From NCBI RefSeq assembly GCF_001194135.2, contig NC_068985.1:9290752-9354751 (forward strand): 64,000 nt of DNA, given 5' to 3'. Below are positions 50,945-64,000 of the stretch, piece by piece. The notes under the pieces are model-generated. The model had not been told where the DNA came from, searched no databases, and saw only the letters and a list, made by a program, of their open reading frames with translations. How positions within the stretch are numbered: position 1 is the first letter of the stretch; each line of letters begins with the position of its first letter. A program made the position numbers and the translations under genes. Source of the DNA: Octopus bimaculoides (Eukaryota).

Positions 50945-51550
50945 TTTGGTGACAAATTTTGGCGCATGACCAGTAAGTTTTGGGGAGGAGGTAAGTCAAC
51001 TACATTGACCCCGAAAGTATGAAAAGCAAACTCAACCCCGGCAGCATTTGAACTCAGAAGGTAATGTCGGAAAAAATGCAGCTAGTCGTGTTGTCCGGCA
51101 TGCTAACGATTCTGTCAGCTCTGTTTAATACTAAGAGTTGTAGGGAAGCGAACTGGCAGAATTGTTATCGTTGCAGAAAAAAATACTGAGTAACATTTCG
51201 GCCGTTTTCTGAGTTCAAATCCACCGATGTTGTCTTTGCTTTTTATCATTTCGGGGTCTATAAAATAAGTACCAGTTGAGCACTGGGGTCGATGCAATCA
51301 GCTTGCCTCCAGCCCCGAACTTGCTGGCCTTGTGCTAAAATTTGAAACCAATATTAAGAATTGCCGGAATCGTAAGAGCACCGAACTAAATATCCTGCAG
51401 TATTAAATTATTGTTCTTTATGTTCTGAGTTCAAACTTCTCCGAAGCCGACTTTACCTTTCAGCCCTTCGGGGTCATTAAATAGTGGCCAAACATTGGAT
51501 TCGATATAAGTTACTGCTCTCCACCTTACAAATTTCTGACCTTGTGCTTA
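50945..51550. mobile_element. SINE family 1 copies (head-to-head pair plus a tandem copy)
   Basis: (-) 50945-51125, (+) 51140-51350, (+) 51360-51550. Confidence 0.8.
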
Positions 51551-52624
51551 TTATGAAACTGGGAGTCACAAGACTTGAGTTTTTGTACCTCTTTTCAGAA
51601 ATATCGCGAATTGAAATCTCAAGGTTTTCTAACCTTTCAACGTTTATACTAATTTCACAAACGACATTCTCAAATCTTTTGTTTATAAGTTGAATGATTT
51701 CAATGAAAAATATTCGATATGAACACGAAATTATAATTATAATACTTTTACAAAACCACACAATCGAACGAGGAAAATAAGTACTTATTGAATCTCCGAA
51801 GGCTTTGGTTTGGCAGCATAAAAGATGATGTAACTAAAGACCACACGAGTTGACTTCACTTTTCATTTCTTTAAAATCAATTGTGTTTTGCTAGACCCTA
51901 TTCAACAGACTGTCTCTTTTCCCTATAATCTATAGTCTCGGGGTAACTTGAGATATCGCCTTCGTTATCATCATCGTCATCATCATTATCACCACCACCA
52001 CCATTATCATCATGCTTTCAACAGTTTCACGTGAGCTTCTACACTAGCACCAGCTGGTGCACGTCCATGTTCGTAGATCAGCATTGTCGTTTGAAGCTGT
52101 AGAAAGAATTGTATTTGTATGCTATATCGTTTTCTTTTCTTGATTCTCGTGTTACTTTAGTTTTCCTTGTTGCTTTAGAATTTAGTCTGTAGGTTTTGTA
52201 AGCCATGTTTCTTACGTCAGTTATTCTTTCATACTGTTCCCAACCCGGGTCCACAGAAGCTTTAAGGGTAAAAAATTGTAATTTGTGGGTCCATATATAC
52301 ATTTTGTTTTCTAGGAGAGGTTCCTGTATGTGTATTTGTATTTGGAATTTATGTTATGAATATAACGAAGTTGTTTCATTGTTAGTTTTTACTAACCTAC
52401 AAACTAATATTTTATTTCAAAATTTTACATGTGCATATATGGGGTCCACAGATGATAAGATAGCTTTCAGGGGGTCCACAAGCAAAATAAGGATGAGAAA
52501 CTCTGCTTTAGAATTTAGTCTGTAGGTTTTGTTTCCTATGTCAGTTATTCTTTTTATACTGTTTCCTGTGAGTTGTGTGTGTTTTAATACCGAATGGTAA
52601 TTGCATAAAGCGTATGATCTATGC

Positions 52625-52888
52625 AATATAAAAATAAATGCGCCCTTTTAAAGCCTAGCCGGGCTCATGGGCCCGGTTTCCCAGTTTCAATGGCGTATGT
52701 GTTCCCCAGCTGGACGGGACGCGAGTCCATCGCAGCATTACTCATTGTTGCTAGCTGAGTGAACTGGAGCAACGTGAAATGAAGTGTGTTGCTCAAGAAC
52801 ACAACGCGTCACCCGGTCCAGGAATCGAAACCACAATCTTACGATCATGGTGCTGACACCTTAACCACTAGGCCACGCGCCTCCACAT
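52625..52888 (-). mobile_element. SINE family 4, best copy
   Basis: A-box GGCCTAGTGGTTAAGG, B-box GGTTTCGATTCC, GCGATGGACTCGCGTCCCGTCCAG block reminiscent of the V-SINE domain. Confidence 0.75.
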
Positions 52889-53049
52889 CTCTGCAATATC
52901 CGTTATACTATTGTGTAGTGAGGTTGCAAAGTACGTGGTTTAAGTTCAGTTATTTTGTTGACGTTTAGTTACGTACAGTATGAGTTGTACGTGTAGCGCA
53001 GAAATTATAATACCAAAATTCTATTGAGTTGAAAATATCATAAACAGCT

Positions 53050-53530
53050 TATTTTGCTGGGTATGATGGAAAGTGTCAGCTGTCCACAGCCAGCAGACTA
53101 AGGGTGACACTTGTTTTACTGGTCATGCTTCAAGAACCCTGCGAAGAATTCCTGCAGTTCCAAGCAATGCTGGTTTTTGTAGGTGTTCTACCTTCACACT
53201 TGCACCGATCTTTTTCAGCCATGTTGGTAGTCGAGTGCTGATACTTCCAAGTGCACCATTTACTATTGGTATCACGTCTACTCTCCTCATTGACCACAGC
53301 CTTCGTATTTCCCGCTTCAAATCATCATAGTTATTTATTTCTTCTTCTTTCACATTGATCATGTTGCCACCGTGGCATGCGTTGTCGATCATCATACGTG
53401 TTCTTTCTTTCTCATTCACCCCAACGATGTCCGGTTTCCGATGTCTGGCCAGATGATCGCACTGGATCATTGCAACCCACAGAATTTTGCAATTCTCATT
53501 TTCGGTGACTCCTTCTGGAGTTTTCTCACA
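53050..53530 (-). mobile_element. R4/Dong-like RLE fragment
   Basis: PEGVTENENCKILW..IQCD...RKPDIV...IPIVNGALG...LQKPALLGTAGILRRVL*. Confidence 0.9.
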
Positions 53531-53679
53531 CCACGTCTTTGCTCTTTCGGGGTCGATTAATTAAGTACCAGTGAAACACTGGGGCCTATGTAATCGACTG
53601 GTCCCCTCCCCAAAAATTTCAGGCCTTGCACCTTTAGTAGAAAGGATTATTATTATTATCATTATTATTATTATTATTT

Positions 53680-54035
53680 TATGTTTGACTTTTGCTTTGC
53701 ATTTGTACAAGTTGGATCCAAGTCTCACCCAGAGACCTCAAGAGACAACAAGTTAGAAGTTCATGTAGGTGTTATGCCTAGGGTACCATATATTTGGATT
53801 TGTACAGTTTTGTTCTAGAGAATGTTTAAGAAACCATAAGAAAATTATGTGTTTGTTTTAAAATTTGAGATCACATAGACAGTATTTTACGTAGGATATG
53901 GGCAGTTCCCATGAGCACTATCTTTTGAACTTCAGCCATTTTGGGATTTCCTGGTATCTGAGCTAGGTAGTAATCAGCCCGTTTCGCTATCATTCCCAGG
54001 GCACCTATGACAATAGGTATTGTTTTAGTCGCTTA
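53680..54035 (-). mobile_element. R4/Dong-like 3' end, another subfamily, between (TTA)n tracts
   Basis: TKTIPIVIGALGMIAKRADYYLAQIPGNPKMAEVQKIVLMGTAHILRKILSM*. Confidence 0.85.
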
Positions 54036-54044
54036 TTATTATCA

Positions 54045-54117
<73 letters not shown>

Positions 54118-54118
<1 letters not shown>

Positions 54119-54325
54119 AAGGTAGCGAACTAGCATAATCGCTAACAAGCCAGACAAAATTCTTAGTGGCATTTCTTCCGCCTTTTCGTTCTGAGTTCAA
54201 ATTCCACCGAGGTCGACTTTGCCTTTCATCCTTTTGGGGTCGATAAAATAAGTATCAGTCAAGTGCTAGGGTCAATATAATCGACCAGACCCCTCCCCGA
54301 AAAATTTCAGGTCTTGTGCCTATTG
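54118..54325 (+). mobile_element. SINE family 1
   Basis: Head directly follows an (ATT)n tract. Confidence 0.8.
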
Positions 54326-54449
54326 TAGTAGAAGACACTTGTCCAAGGTGCCATGCAGTGGGATTGACCTCGGAACCATGCGGTTCGGAAACAAACTTCT
54401 TACCAAGGTTCCATTGCATGCATCTTATTGTATGAAGATTAATAAAAAA

Positions 54450-54660
54450 AAAATACTACACTGTGCCAGTGCCGCGTAAAACACACCGGGTACACTCAGT
54501 GAAGTGATTGGCGTTAGGGAGGGCATCCAGTCGTAGAAAGTATGTCAAAGCAGAGAATTGGTGCCAGGTACAGCTCACCGGTTTGCTAGCTGCTGCTAAG
54601 CCGTCCAACCCATCACAGCAAGGAAAACGAATGTTTCATAATGATGATCATGATGATGGT
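54450..54660 (+). mobile_element. Probable SINE/RTE-type 3' tail
   Basis: GGCGTTAGG(G)AGGGCATCCAG ... CCGTCCAACCCAT ... (ATG)n tail. Confidence 0.45.
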
Positions 54661-55560
54661 GACGCCGATCATTGCTCTGAGTCCTGAACTTCTCGTGTTG
54701 TCGAGATTATTCTCCATTTAATCCTTCTGATCTGTTTTATCGTGTCTATGCCTTAAAGAAGCTTTTCTTCTCATTGCTTTACCATGACATTCTGTGACCT
54801 CGTTTTAGTCGCATTTTTAGGTTATTACTTTTTATGTGTTTGTGTGTGTTTTTATTTTTTTCTCTTTTTAGCTTTCCTGTTATTTCTTCTTTATCCCACA
54901 ATTGTATTTCTTTTCTTTTATTAGGTATTTTTTGACTTCTGCGAATATGGAACATAGAATTTTGTTTCCTTCATATTTGGTAGTTGTTTGATTTAGTTTT
55001 TCCACTTTACTTTTACTAAGCATTTGTAGTCCTACTTAGTGTATTTTATTAATTTTTTTGCACAAGGATCCTACGTTTATTTGCTCTCAGCAAATATAAT
55101 ATTTCTCTGTCTGTCATTCGGTGCTGTATTCTAAATACAGTCATTATATTTCTCGTCAACCAAATTTTGCTCATTTCTTGAGATTGTAACTATACATAGT
55201 TACTAGAATTGCTAGCGTACATACGTTTATTACCTTAATCTTAGCATTTAGCTCCGTTTTGACTATCAATTGTATATGTCAATAGTCTATTCTCCTAGCT
55301 TTCAGTTTCATTTATGTGTATTTTTCTCCTCTACAACATCAATTCCTAATTATTTCTAAGTCTGGTATTGGCCAAATCATATCTATTTCTTTGTCAAATA
55401 CGAATTTAGTGTTTCTAATTAATTTCCTTCTCTTCAAAAGCACCTCAATGCATTTTTGTAACCTGAATTTTACATTAGTTCGTCTAATAAATCCGTACCC
55501 TATCTGCAGTAGTGCCTCATCGTTTATTAACTGCCGGGTATGACTTGACGTTTGAGTGCA
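54660..55560 (-). mobile_element. Decayed R4/Dong-like RT C-terminal region
   Basis: KFRLQKCIEVLLKRRKL (FGL.KC...KRGKL) and TELNAKIKVIN (S.LNA.NK..AIN). Confidence 0.6.
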
Positions 55561-56147
55561 CCCATCCCCGTACCTTAGGTATCCAAATCCAATGTTGTTT
55601 AAACGTAAATGGTATTTTCTGCTCGGTGTTAACACCAGGCAGAAAAGAAATGAGGAGCGGTGTCCACCATTGTAATAGAAATGCAAATTGTTTGTATATT
55701 AGCAGAATTATTTACTATTTATTCATGAGATACTTGATCTACCTGCATATTATTGGTTCTACTTTACTTGTGGCTCACGTTTCCAGGATCCATGCCTGAG
55801 TAACAATATCAGAAGTTTACAACGTGCTCAGAATCTCATTTTTCTTTACATAATTTTCCGGTATAGTTTTGTTGGTCGTTAATTAACGTTTACACGCAAA
55901 TGAGCCATTACATCACCCTTCTATATTTCTACAAAGGAGTTGTTTCTCTTTATTCACAAAGATATATATCCACTGCGATATTATCGTAATTAAGGCTTTG
56001 TAGGGTGTAGCTATGCAGGTTATGGATAGATTTTAGAGTCTGCTGTTTCTCAAATCTTGGTAATTAAGATGGTTTTCCTTAACGCGTCCTTTAGATGTTT
56101 TATTCCAAATCTTCCATGGGTTACTTAATATCTTTGCCATCACAAGA

Positions 56148-56450
56148 CGGCAAGCTGGCAGAAACGTTAGCACGCCGGGCGAAATGCTTAGAGGTATTTC
56201 GTCTGCCGCTACGTTATGAGTTCAAATTCCGCCGAGGTCGACTTTGCCTTTCATCCTTTCGAGGTCGATGTAATCGACTTAATCCCTTTGTCTGTCCTTG
56301 TTTGTCCCCTCTATGCTTAGCCCCTTGTGGGCAATGAAGAAATAAGAAATGTTAGCACGCCGAGAGAAATTCTTTGCAGTGTTTCGCCCGTCGCTACGTT
56401 CTGAGTTCAAATTCCGCAGAGGTTGACTTTGCCTTTTATCCTTTCGGATA
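56148..56450 (+). mobile_element. SINE family 1, variant-tail copy plus partial copy
   Basis: Consensus match with an internal deletion between repeated GGTCGAT. Confidence 0.85.
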
Positions 56451-59249
56451 ATCACGACAATTGTTTCGACGCATCTACCATCGATTCCTCTTGTGGGACA
56501 CTCAACAACTGGTTCAGGAGCATCCGGTGGTGCAGATGTATCTCGTTGGGCGATAAATAAATAAAAACAACTCGTTAAAATGACTGTTCCACAATGTAAC
56601 TTGCCGTTTTGTAGAGAGAAAAACTGCCAGACAGAGGAAAAATCTTCATATATATATATACATATAGAAGATCAAAAATAAAATTGCAGATGACAAAAAG
56701 AGAAACGGACACTTAATCCAGCGAGAAAACCGCCCTAACCACTGGGCCATTGCGCCTCCACTCTCAAAAATATAGAAGAGGATTAACAAATATCAGACAG
56801 TCCTTGCTTTTAAAATGTGTTCAGTTGAATTGGTTAAATAAAAATTAGTTCGTTAATTTTCATAGCTTGTATTATATTTTAAGTATATTTTTAGTCTGTC
56901 TCCACAAAACCGGAAAATCCAAAATTCTGGGCCACTTCCGATTCCAAGTTTGTCGAATATTTGGTCTCATATTGTATATGTATATATGTGCATGTTTATG
57001 CACACACACATACACACACATATATGTGTATGTATGTTTTTATGTTTGCATGTATATATATGTATATATATGTATATATGTATGTACCTATGTATATGTG
57101 TATATATATATACACATACATGTATGTGTGTATGTGTGTATGTATGTATATTATCTATATATGTATATATAGATGTATACACGCGTGCGTTTAGAGAATA
57201 AGTTTAGCCGACACGTCAATGTATTAACTCTTATGTGAAATAGTCAAAATATATTCGGACGTGTGGGCCATCGCTACACAAAGATTATTTTGTCTTACTA
57301 AGCTAGCATTTCATTTACACATTTGGCAGTCTATCAAAAGTAACAGATACGCCATATTGTTAGGCTATATATTACGACGTTGCATCAAGTAGTCGAAATA
57401 GATAAAAAATAACTAAACACAATTGAACAATTGAGGCTAAGAACTATTTCGCAAAGACACTATCGAGATAAGTTAAATCTTCTGCCGATGTTCATGCCAT
57501 TTTCTCAAGGCATGTTTAATCTCATAAAACACATTAGCTGACATGCAGACTTATCTAACTGGTCACCACTTATTATATTCTTTTTGTATATTTCATATAT
57601 ATATATATATATATATTGCCACCAGTATCAAACATAAAGGTGATATGCCAACGAGTAAGTGGTCGCATCTTCTGCTAGAAATAGCAGATAAGTTTCACTG
57701 AAATCACACACTATTCTCTTCTATTTAAAAAAATAAAATTAACGACGTGACCAAGGTTGGATTGCCTTTGGTCATTGTTTTTTTCATCAAACGCGCTGGG
57801 ATAATAATCCAATGAGGGAGCAGCCGCACTTCTGCTAGAAACAGCAAACAAAATTCACTCAAATTACACAGCAAGGTTGGATTGCTTTTAGTCATAGGTT
57901 TGTTCACCAGCACTGACCTCGGATTCGGCATTTAGAAGACTGAACCTATAACTTCTTAGAACCAACCAGCAAGAAAGCCTTTACTCGGTCACAGCTGACT
58001 TCGGACCGTTTTTTAATTACGTTAGAGATTCACTTCTCGGAGGTTTCTTTCCTAGGAAGGAACGAAATACCATATCCAAGTCGCTCACAATCTCAAATTC
58101 ATGGTTCGAACAGCGAAGGGAAACTGTAAATAACTTTCAATCGAAGAAGTTACTCGAGACAGTTCTCGCAACCAGCATGTTGTTGGTGCTGACATCTCTA
58201 AACGCTTCCCTACCGTTTCCTTTTTTACCAATAGTTTTCTTTTTTATTGATTTTTCTTTTCGTATTTTTCTGACACTGACTTAATACTCTCTTTCCGATT
58301 TGTTCCCCGCCTGTTATTTATTAAATCCCTCCTTTTTTTAAACTAAGAATAAACTCCCTGATTCGTGGAAATTGGTTCTAGTCTGTGTCAGTTGAGAGAA
58401 CAACGCTAGTTCTCTCTTTTCCTCCACTCCACTCCACTGCGAAGGTCACCCCTGAAGCGTTAGATTCTTTACCTTCACTCATCACAACAAATGAACTTGC
58501 CAAACTCCGACGTCAAACTCTCCTATCTTAAGCCAATGATCTTTTACTAGTAAATCTATCTGTGATGGAAATGAAGCATTAAGTTTCTGATAACGAATTC
58601 TCTGTTGACAATATAGAACACAACTTGTGGTCTGAATAACTGACTATATGACACTATGGACATCCTATAACATTTCTAACTACTGAATAAAGAAACCCTG
58701 TCTAAATAAAATCTGATCGACTGGATTTGATTCAACCACTTTAAAAACAGAGATCGTTACTGCTGAGCCTCAGAATTGGTCGAGAGGACACAGACCATTT
58801 GATGAGCCCGAATAGTGAAGGTGCGGATTACCAACAAAATCACAATTTGGTCTATGAGGGACAATAGTGAGCATTTTCTCTCTGATTCTTAACGTATGTG
58901 CGCAGTTTTCCAGTAACTGAAAAGATTCTGTGCCTGAGCAGTTGAACAGAAGCGGCTAATATCTACATTACTTTAGTGATGTACGGCTGCTTGAGCGTCT
59001 TACTTTATATCAAGACACATCTGACCAGACTGAAGTGCATGCTTTCCTGCATCTTATGGAAGTGGACAAGTTCCCTTGAACAGGAAATTTATTTGCTTCT
59101 AACAACCAATAAGAGGCTGACGTACCGGCAGCAATGGAGACACTGACCAACAATGAACGAGTGAGTCGTCTCTGTTCATCCGTTTTGCTTTTCGGACGAC
59201 CAGGATCGTCCTGGCAGATTTAATCACGCTCGGTTAGTTCGTGCCGGTT

Positions 59250-59900
59250 GACATACCCCGTGTTGGCGGGCACCGAACCCGGTGCTATTGATTGGAACAG
59301 ATCAGAATGTTTTCCTGTTCGTTATTCCCAGTGCCTACACCAAGTGATTCAGCTTCATTTTTCTGGGATGGTAGCGGCATTATTTATTATTGTCTTTAAT
59401 TTTGCTGGTGTTAGGCAGTTATTGCGCATGATGTCTCTGCGTGCGTTGGCTAATTTGTTTGCATCAACATAAACAGGTATGTCCTCCCCTATAATTTCTC
59501 TCCGGATATATTACGTCATGGTTGGTTCAGTGTTGTGTAAAATGTTGTCATGACTTGCTTATACACCTCTCTCGTCCATCTATTTTTCGTGGTTCTTTCG
59601 ACGTTTGTCTTATGGTGTCAATGTTGATTTCTCGGTTCGGATTTCCCTCAAGATCATTTTCAAAAACGTTTGTTCCAATTTTCAAACTTTTGACCTCAAG
59701 TTGGTTCCTCCCTGGGGGACGCGTCTCTTGGTGATCCGTGTGACGGACGATGCAGTATAATCTGTTTCTAGTCAGCATTTTGTTTGAAGAATTCATTTTA
59801 ACCTTACTGGCAAGGAGTGATTTTCGTCACTACTCTAAACAGATTTACTTCATCTGCACGCATTTGAATGCGCTGCGTTTTGCAGGTCAACAACACAGTA
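59250..59900 (-). mobile_element. R4/Dong-like ORF N-terminal remnant
   Basis: RWTREVYKQVMTTFY and YVDANKLANARRDIMRNNCLT resemble N-termini of R4/Dong-type ORFs as I recall them. Confidence 0.55.
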
Positions 59901-60085
59901 TTCACGGCCCAGCAACGGTGGATTATGCATACGTACACAAAATAAACAAATATTGAGCAAAATGCTTAGCTGTATTTCATCCGTCTTTACGTTCTGAATT
60001 CAAATTCCGTCGATAAATTAAGTACCAGTTGAGTACTGGTAACCCCTTCCCAAAATTCTAGGCCTTGTACTCTTAGTAGAAAGAG

Positions 60086-60138
<53 letters not shown>

Positions 60139-60139
60139 T

Positions 60140-60260
60140 TATTGTCTTTGCACAGCTTCTAACGCTGGAGATGTACTACAGTGTCAGCTGTTCAATACCA
60201 GCGAACTAAGGTAACACCTCTTATTTTTCAATCACCATCCGAGGTATTCGAACGGTTCGT
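60140..60260 (-). mobile_element. R4/Dong-like 3' UTR (subfamily B) between (TTA)n tracts
   Basis: Reverse complement of 3920-4030. Confidence 0.8.
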
Positions 60261-60265
60261 TATTA

Positions 60266-60321
<56 letters not shown>

Positions 60322-60413
60322 GAGTGAGAGAGCAGTGACACTGGGGTAAAATATACGAAGCCCAGTATACCCATCATGACTACNNNNNNNNNNTATTATT
60401 ATTATTATTATTA

Positions 60414-60785
60414 TTGAGTGAGAGAGCAGTGACACTGGGGTAAAATATACGAAGCCCAGTATACCCATCATGACTACCCGTCTGATAAGGGTACACCAGG
60501 CACATGCATCACAACCTTATGCGCGCAACATGGTGCTCTCATATCAAGATAAACAGCGCATGACCTTGCAAGTGGGGCCCAGTTAGAATTTTCTTCAGGT
60601 TGAGTTGCCCATCCCGCTGAAAAGGTCCTTGAATAAGGGTTGTTTAAGGATGTTGAACGAAACACCCATGTTTCCAAAGGTAAATTAACCAAACCCCAAA
60701 GAATTCTTTTCAACACATGGCTATGATGCTCCCCCGCTATTTCTACTCGTGATCAAAGATGCACATATCGTCAGCCACTAAATTA
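60414..60785 (-). mobile_element. Non-coding interspersed element ending in (AAT)n
   Basis: Ends CTCTCTCACTC-(AAT)n on minus; no A/B boxes or credible ORF seen. Confidence 0.45.
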
Positions 60786-60799
60786 CTACTACTACTACT

Positions 60800-61690
60800 A
60801 TTTACTTTTCATCTGCATATTTGTTACAATCACTTGCCATCCTAGGACACCCGGCGTCCTAAAGGCGAGTGAAGGATAAGAGATGTTACAGTATGACTGA
60901 AAGGTTGGGGAGGGGAAGTGGCAGGGGCAGTAACGGAATATCTTCATATAATACAACACAGACATTTAAATTGATAGGCCTTTTCTAAGGATGTGGGCAG
61001 TACTTGTCAGCACATGGTTCTCATCAGATGTTATCTAGATGTTTCCGACCTTCCTTTTTTATCATACCTAGCTTTATCATACAGTAGCTTTCTACATAGC
61101 TCCCTGTGGATTACTCTCCCTAGATTGCCATGGCTTTTCTTGTATTCTTTCTGTGCCAACATCCTACATTCACTTACTAAATTAGTAACGCTTTCGTCTT
61201 TTACTTTGCACAATCTACAATGGGAATCTACTTGGTTTTTGCTATCTTGGCCTTTATCCAATTAGTCCTTAATGCTTGATCTTATGCAGCTACTAACAAA
61301 ATTTCTGTCTTCCTCTTCAGCTTTCCTTTCTGCAATCATAACCATGTCTCACTACTATTTGCTACAACTATCTTTGTAGATCTACCACGCAGCGCCTTCT
61401 CGTACCATTCAGATAATTTCTGTTCTTTTTTCTTATCTTTAAGTTCGTTTGGTGTTTTTGGTTTCCCTATGGCTTGCTGTGACTCTAGCAGCTTTTAATA
61501 AACTTCCTTCAGTATTACCTACGTAAGAGTCTATATCAACTCTAGCTAACTCTACGCAATCTTCTACTGATATTAACCCTCTTTCGCCTTCCTTCCTAAG
61601 TAGGTATAATCCTGCTACTCTTGTCCTTCGGTGGAGTCCTCCATTCATATTGAATTCCTTCCTAGTTCTTCTGTCTAGCTTTGCTAATTA
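60800..61690 (-). mobile_element. R4/Dong-like fragment with CCHC knuckle and C-terminus
   Basis: GLYLLRKEGERGLISVEDCV; CRLCKVKDESVTNLVSEC..LAQKEYK..H; TSTAHILRKGLSI* after an internal deletion. Confidence 0.85.
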
Positions 61691-62149
61691 TTATTATCAT
61701 TATTATTATAAGCTAAGAGAAACGAACTATGCATAATAGTAAGTAGAATGTCAGGCGCCATAAGCAAAATAATCAGCTGAATTGAAGATATTCATGAAGA
61801 TGCACCGTGATTCTGTACAGACAAGTCTCTTCATTCCAGAAGGAAATGTCAAATAAAAACAAATCAGATACACGAAAAGAAGACGTGAAAAGAAAACTCT
61901 AAAGTTCTTTGAGAAAAAACAGATGAGGCTTACGTTGTCATCCCACTAGACTCAACATGGCTCGATGTTAGGTTTCGTTTTATTAATTGCTGTTTATTCA
62001 AAGATTTATTTGTTTAATTATTTTTGCAACCGTATAAAGGGTTTCCTTGTTCGAGAAGTCAAAACTAGACACGCTTTTTAATATGGAGTTTGTTTCAATT
62101 AGTGAAACTCTAGACGGGTTAAATTTTTCTCCTTTTATACACACACACT

Positions 62150-62193
<44 letters not shown>

Positions 62194-62761
62194 NNNNNNN
62201 NNNNNNNNNNNNNNNNNNNNNNNNNNNNNNNNNNNNNNNNNNNNNNNNNNNNNNNNNNNNNNNNNNNNNNNNNNNNNNNNNNNNNNNNNNNNNNNNNNNN
62301 NNNNNNNNNNNNNNNNNNNNNNNNNNNNNNNNNNNNNNNNNNNNNNNNNNNNNNNNNNNNNNNNNNNNNNNNNNNNNNNNNNNNNNNNNNNNNNNNNNNN
62401 NNNNNNNNNNNNNNNNNNNNNNNNNNNNNNNNNNNNNNNNNNNNNNNNNNNNNNNNNNNNNNNNNNNNNNNNNNNNNNNNNNNNNNNNNNNNNNNNNNNN
62501 NNNNNNNNNNNNNNNNNNNNNNNNNNNNNNNNNNNNNNNNNNNNNNNNNNNNNNNNNNNNNNNNNNNNNNNNNNNNNNNNNNNNNNNNNNNNNNNNNNNN
62601 NNNNNNNNNNNNNNNNNNNNNNNNNNNNNNNNNNNNNNNNNNNNNNNNNNNNNNNNNNNNNNNNNNNNNNNNNNNNNNNNNNNNNNNNNNNNNNNNNNNN
62701 NNNNNNNNNNNNNNNNNNNNNNNNNNNNNNNNNNNNNNNNNNNNNNNNNNNNNNNNNNNNN

Positions 62762-62861
<100 letters not shown>

Positions 62862-63907
62862 TGTTTTGCGTTCTTTATGGGCGCCTTAAATATTATATGA
62901 AGCTTCTATTAACATTTTATTTGTTTTGTTTATATACCTGTGGTGGGGTATTAACTTTTTACTAGTTTCAGTCATTAGACTGCGGCCACGCTGGGGCACC
63001 GCCTTGAAGAATTATAGTCAAACAAATTAACCCCAGTACTAATTTATATATTTATTTATTCATTTATTCTTTGTTTTGTTTTGTAAGCCTGATACTTATT
63101 CTATAGGTGTCTTTCGCCGAACCGCTAGGCTTCGGGGATTTAAACACACCAACACAAGTTGTCAAGCGGTAGTGAGGGACAAACACAGACACATATGACA
63201 GGCTTCTTTCAGTTTCCGTCAACAAAATCCACTTACAAGGCTTTGATCGGTCAGAGGCTATAGTAGAAAACACTTGCCCAAGGTACCACGCAGTAGGAAT
63301 GAACCCGGAACAATGGGGTTGGGAAGCAAGCTTCTTACCACACAGCCACACCTGCAACCTTTTACTTGTTTTAATTAGACTGAGGCCATACTGGGGCACG
63401 GCCTTGAAGAATTTAGGTTGATCGAATCAACTCCAGGACTTTTTTTTTTTTTAAACCTGGTACTTATCTGCCTCTTGTGCCAAACCATTAAGAGGAGGTA
63501 AACACACCAGCACCGGTTGTCAAGCGGTAGTGGGGNNNNNNNNNNNNNNNNNNNNNNNNNNNNNNNNNNNNNNNNNNNNNNNNNNNNNNNNNNNNNNNNN
63601 NNNNNNNNNNNNNNNNNNNNNNNNNNNNNNNNNNNNNNNNNNNNNNNNNNNNNNNNNNNNNNNNNNNNNNNNNNNNNNNNNNNNNNNNNNNNNNNNNNNN
63701 NNNNNNNNNNNNNNNNNNNNNNNNNNATATATATATATATATACGACGGGCTTCTTTCAGTTTCCGTCTACCAAATCCACTCCGCCCGAGGCTATAGTAG
63801 AAGACACTTGCCCAAAGTGCCACGTAGTAGGACTGAACCCAGAACCATATGGTTGGGAAGCAAGCTTCTTACCACACAGCCACTCATGCGCCTATATATA
63901 TATAGTT

Positions 63908-63947
<40 letters not shown>

Positions 63948-64000
63948 GACCCTCGGTTATATTTTTCAAGGCCAGAATTTTTTTTCCTTTTTGCTTGTTG

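Noticed and set aside
60321-60476. 63-bp direct repeat on both sides of a 10-N gap
   Set aside because: Most likely unmerged contig overlap.

Overview
AT-rich, microsatellite- and transposon-dense animal DNA with nine N-gaps. The repeat families and (TA)/(CA)/(TAA) load fit an octopus genome (inference; no search run). One host gene is supported: a minus-strand class-A GPCR of melatonin-receptor-like type with two coding exons (38897-38564 and 32669-31735, phase-1 GT-AG intron, 422 aa). Its last ~21 codons and stop codon lie inside a decayed antisense SINE. The rest is transposon remains: about 35 copies of one tRNA-type SINE, three or four other SINE families, R4/Dong-like RLE retrotransposon pieces in (TAA)n tracts, four Penelope-like elements, CR1/L2-like, RTE and CRE-like LINE pieces, mariner elements and MITEs, and a Helitron helicase remnant. 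Best leads: SINE exonisation of the receptor tail, a repeated SINE-(TTA)n-antisense Dong-(TTA)n-SINE layout, hammerhead-like motifs including a repeated CUGUNGA variant, a foldback element centred on a telomeric palindrome, and several long hairpins. All family assignments come from motif recognition by eye.
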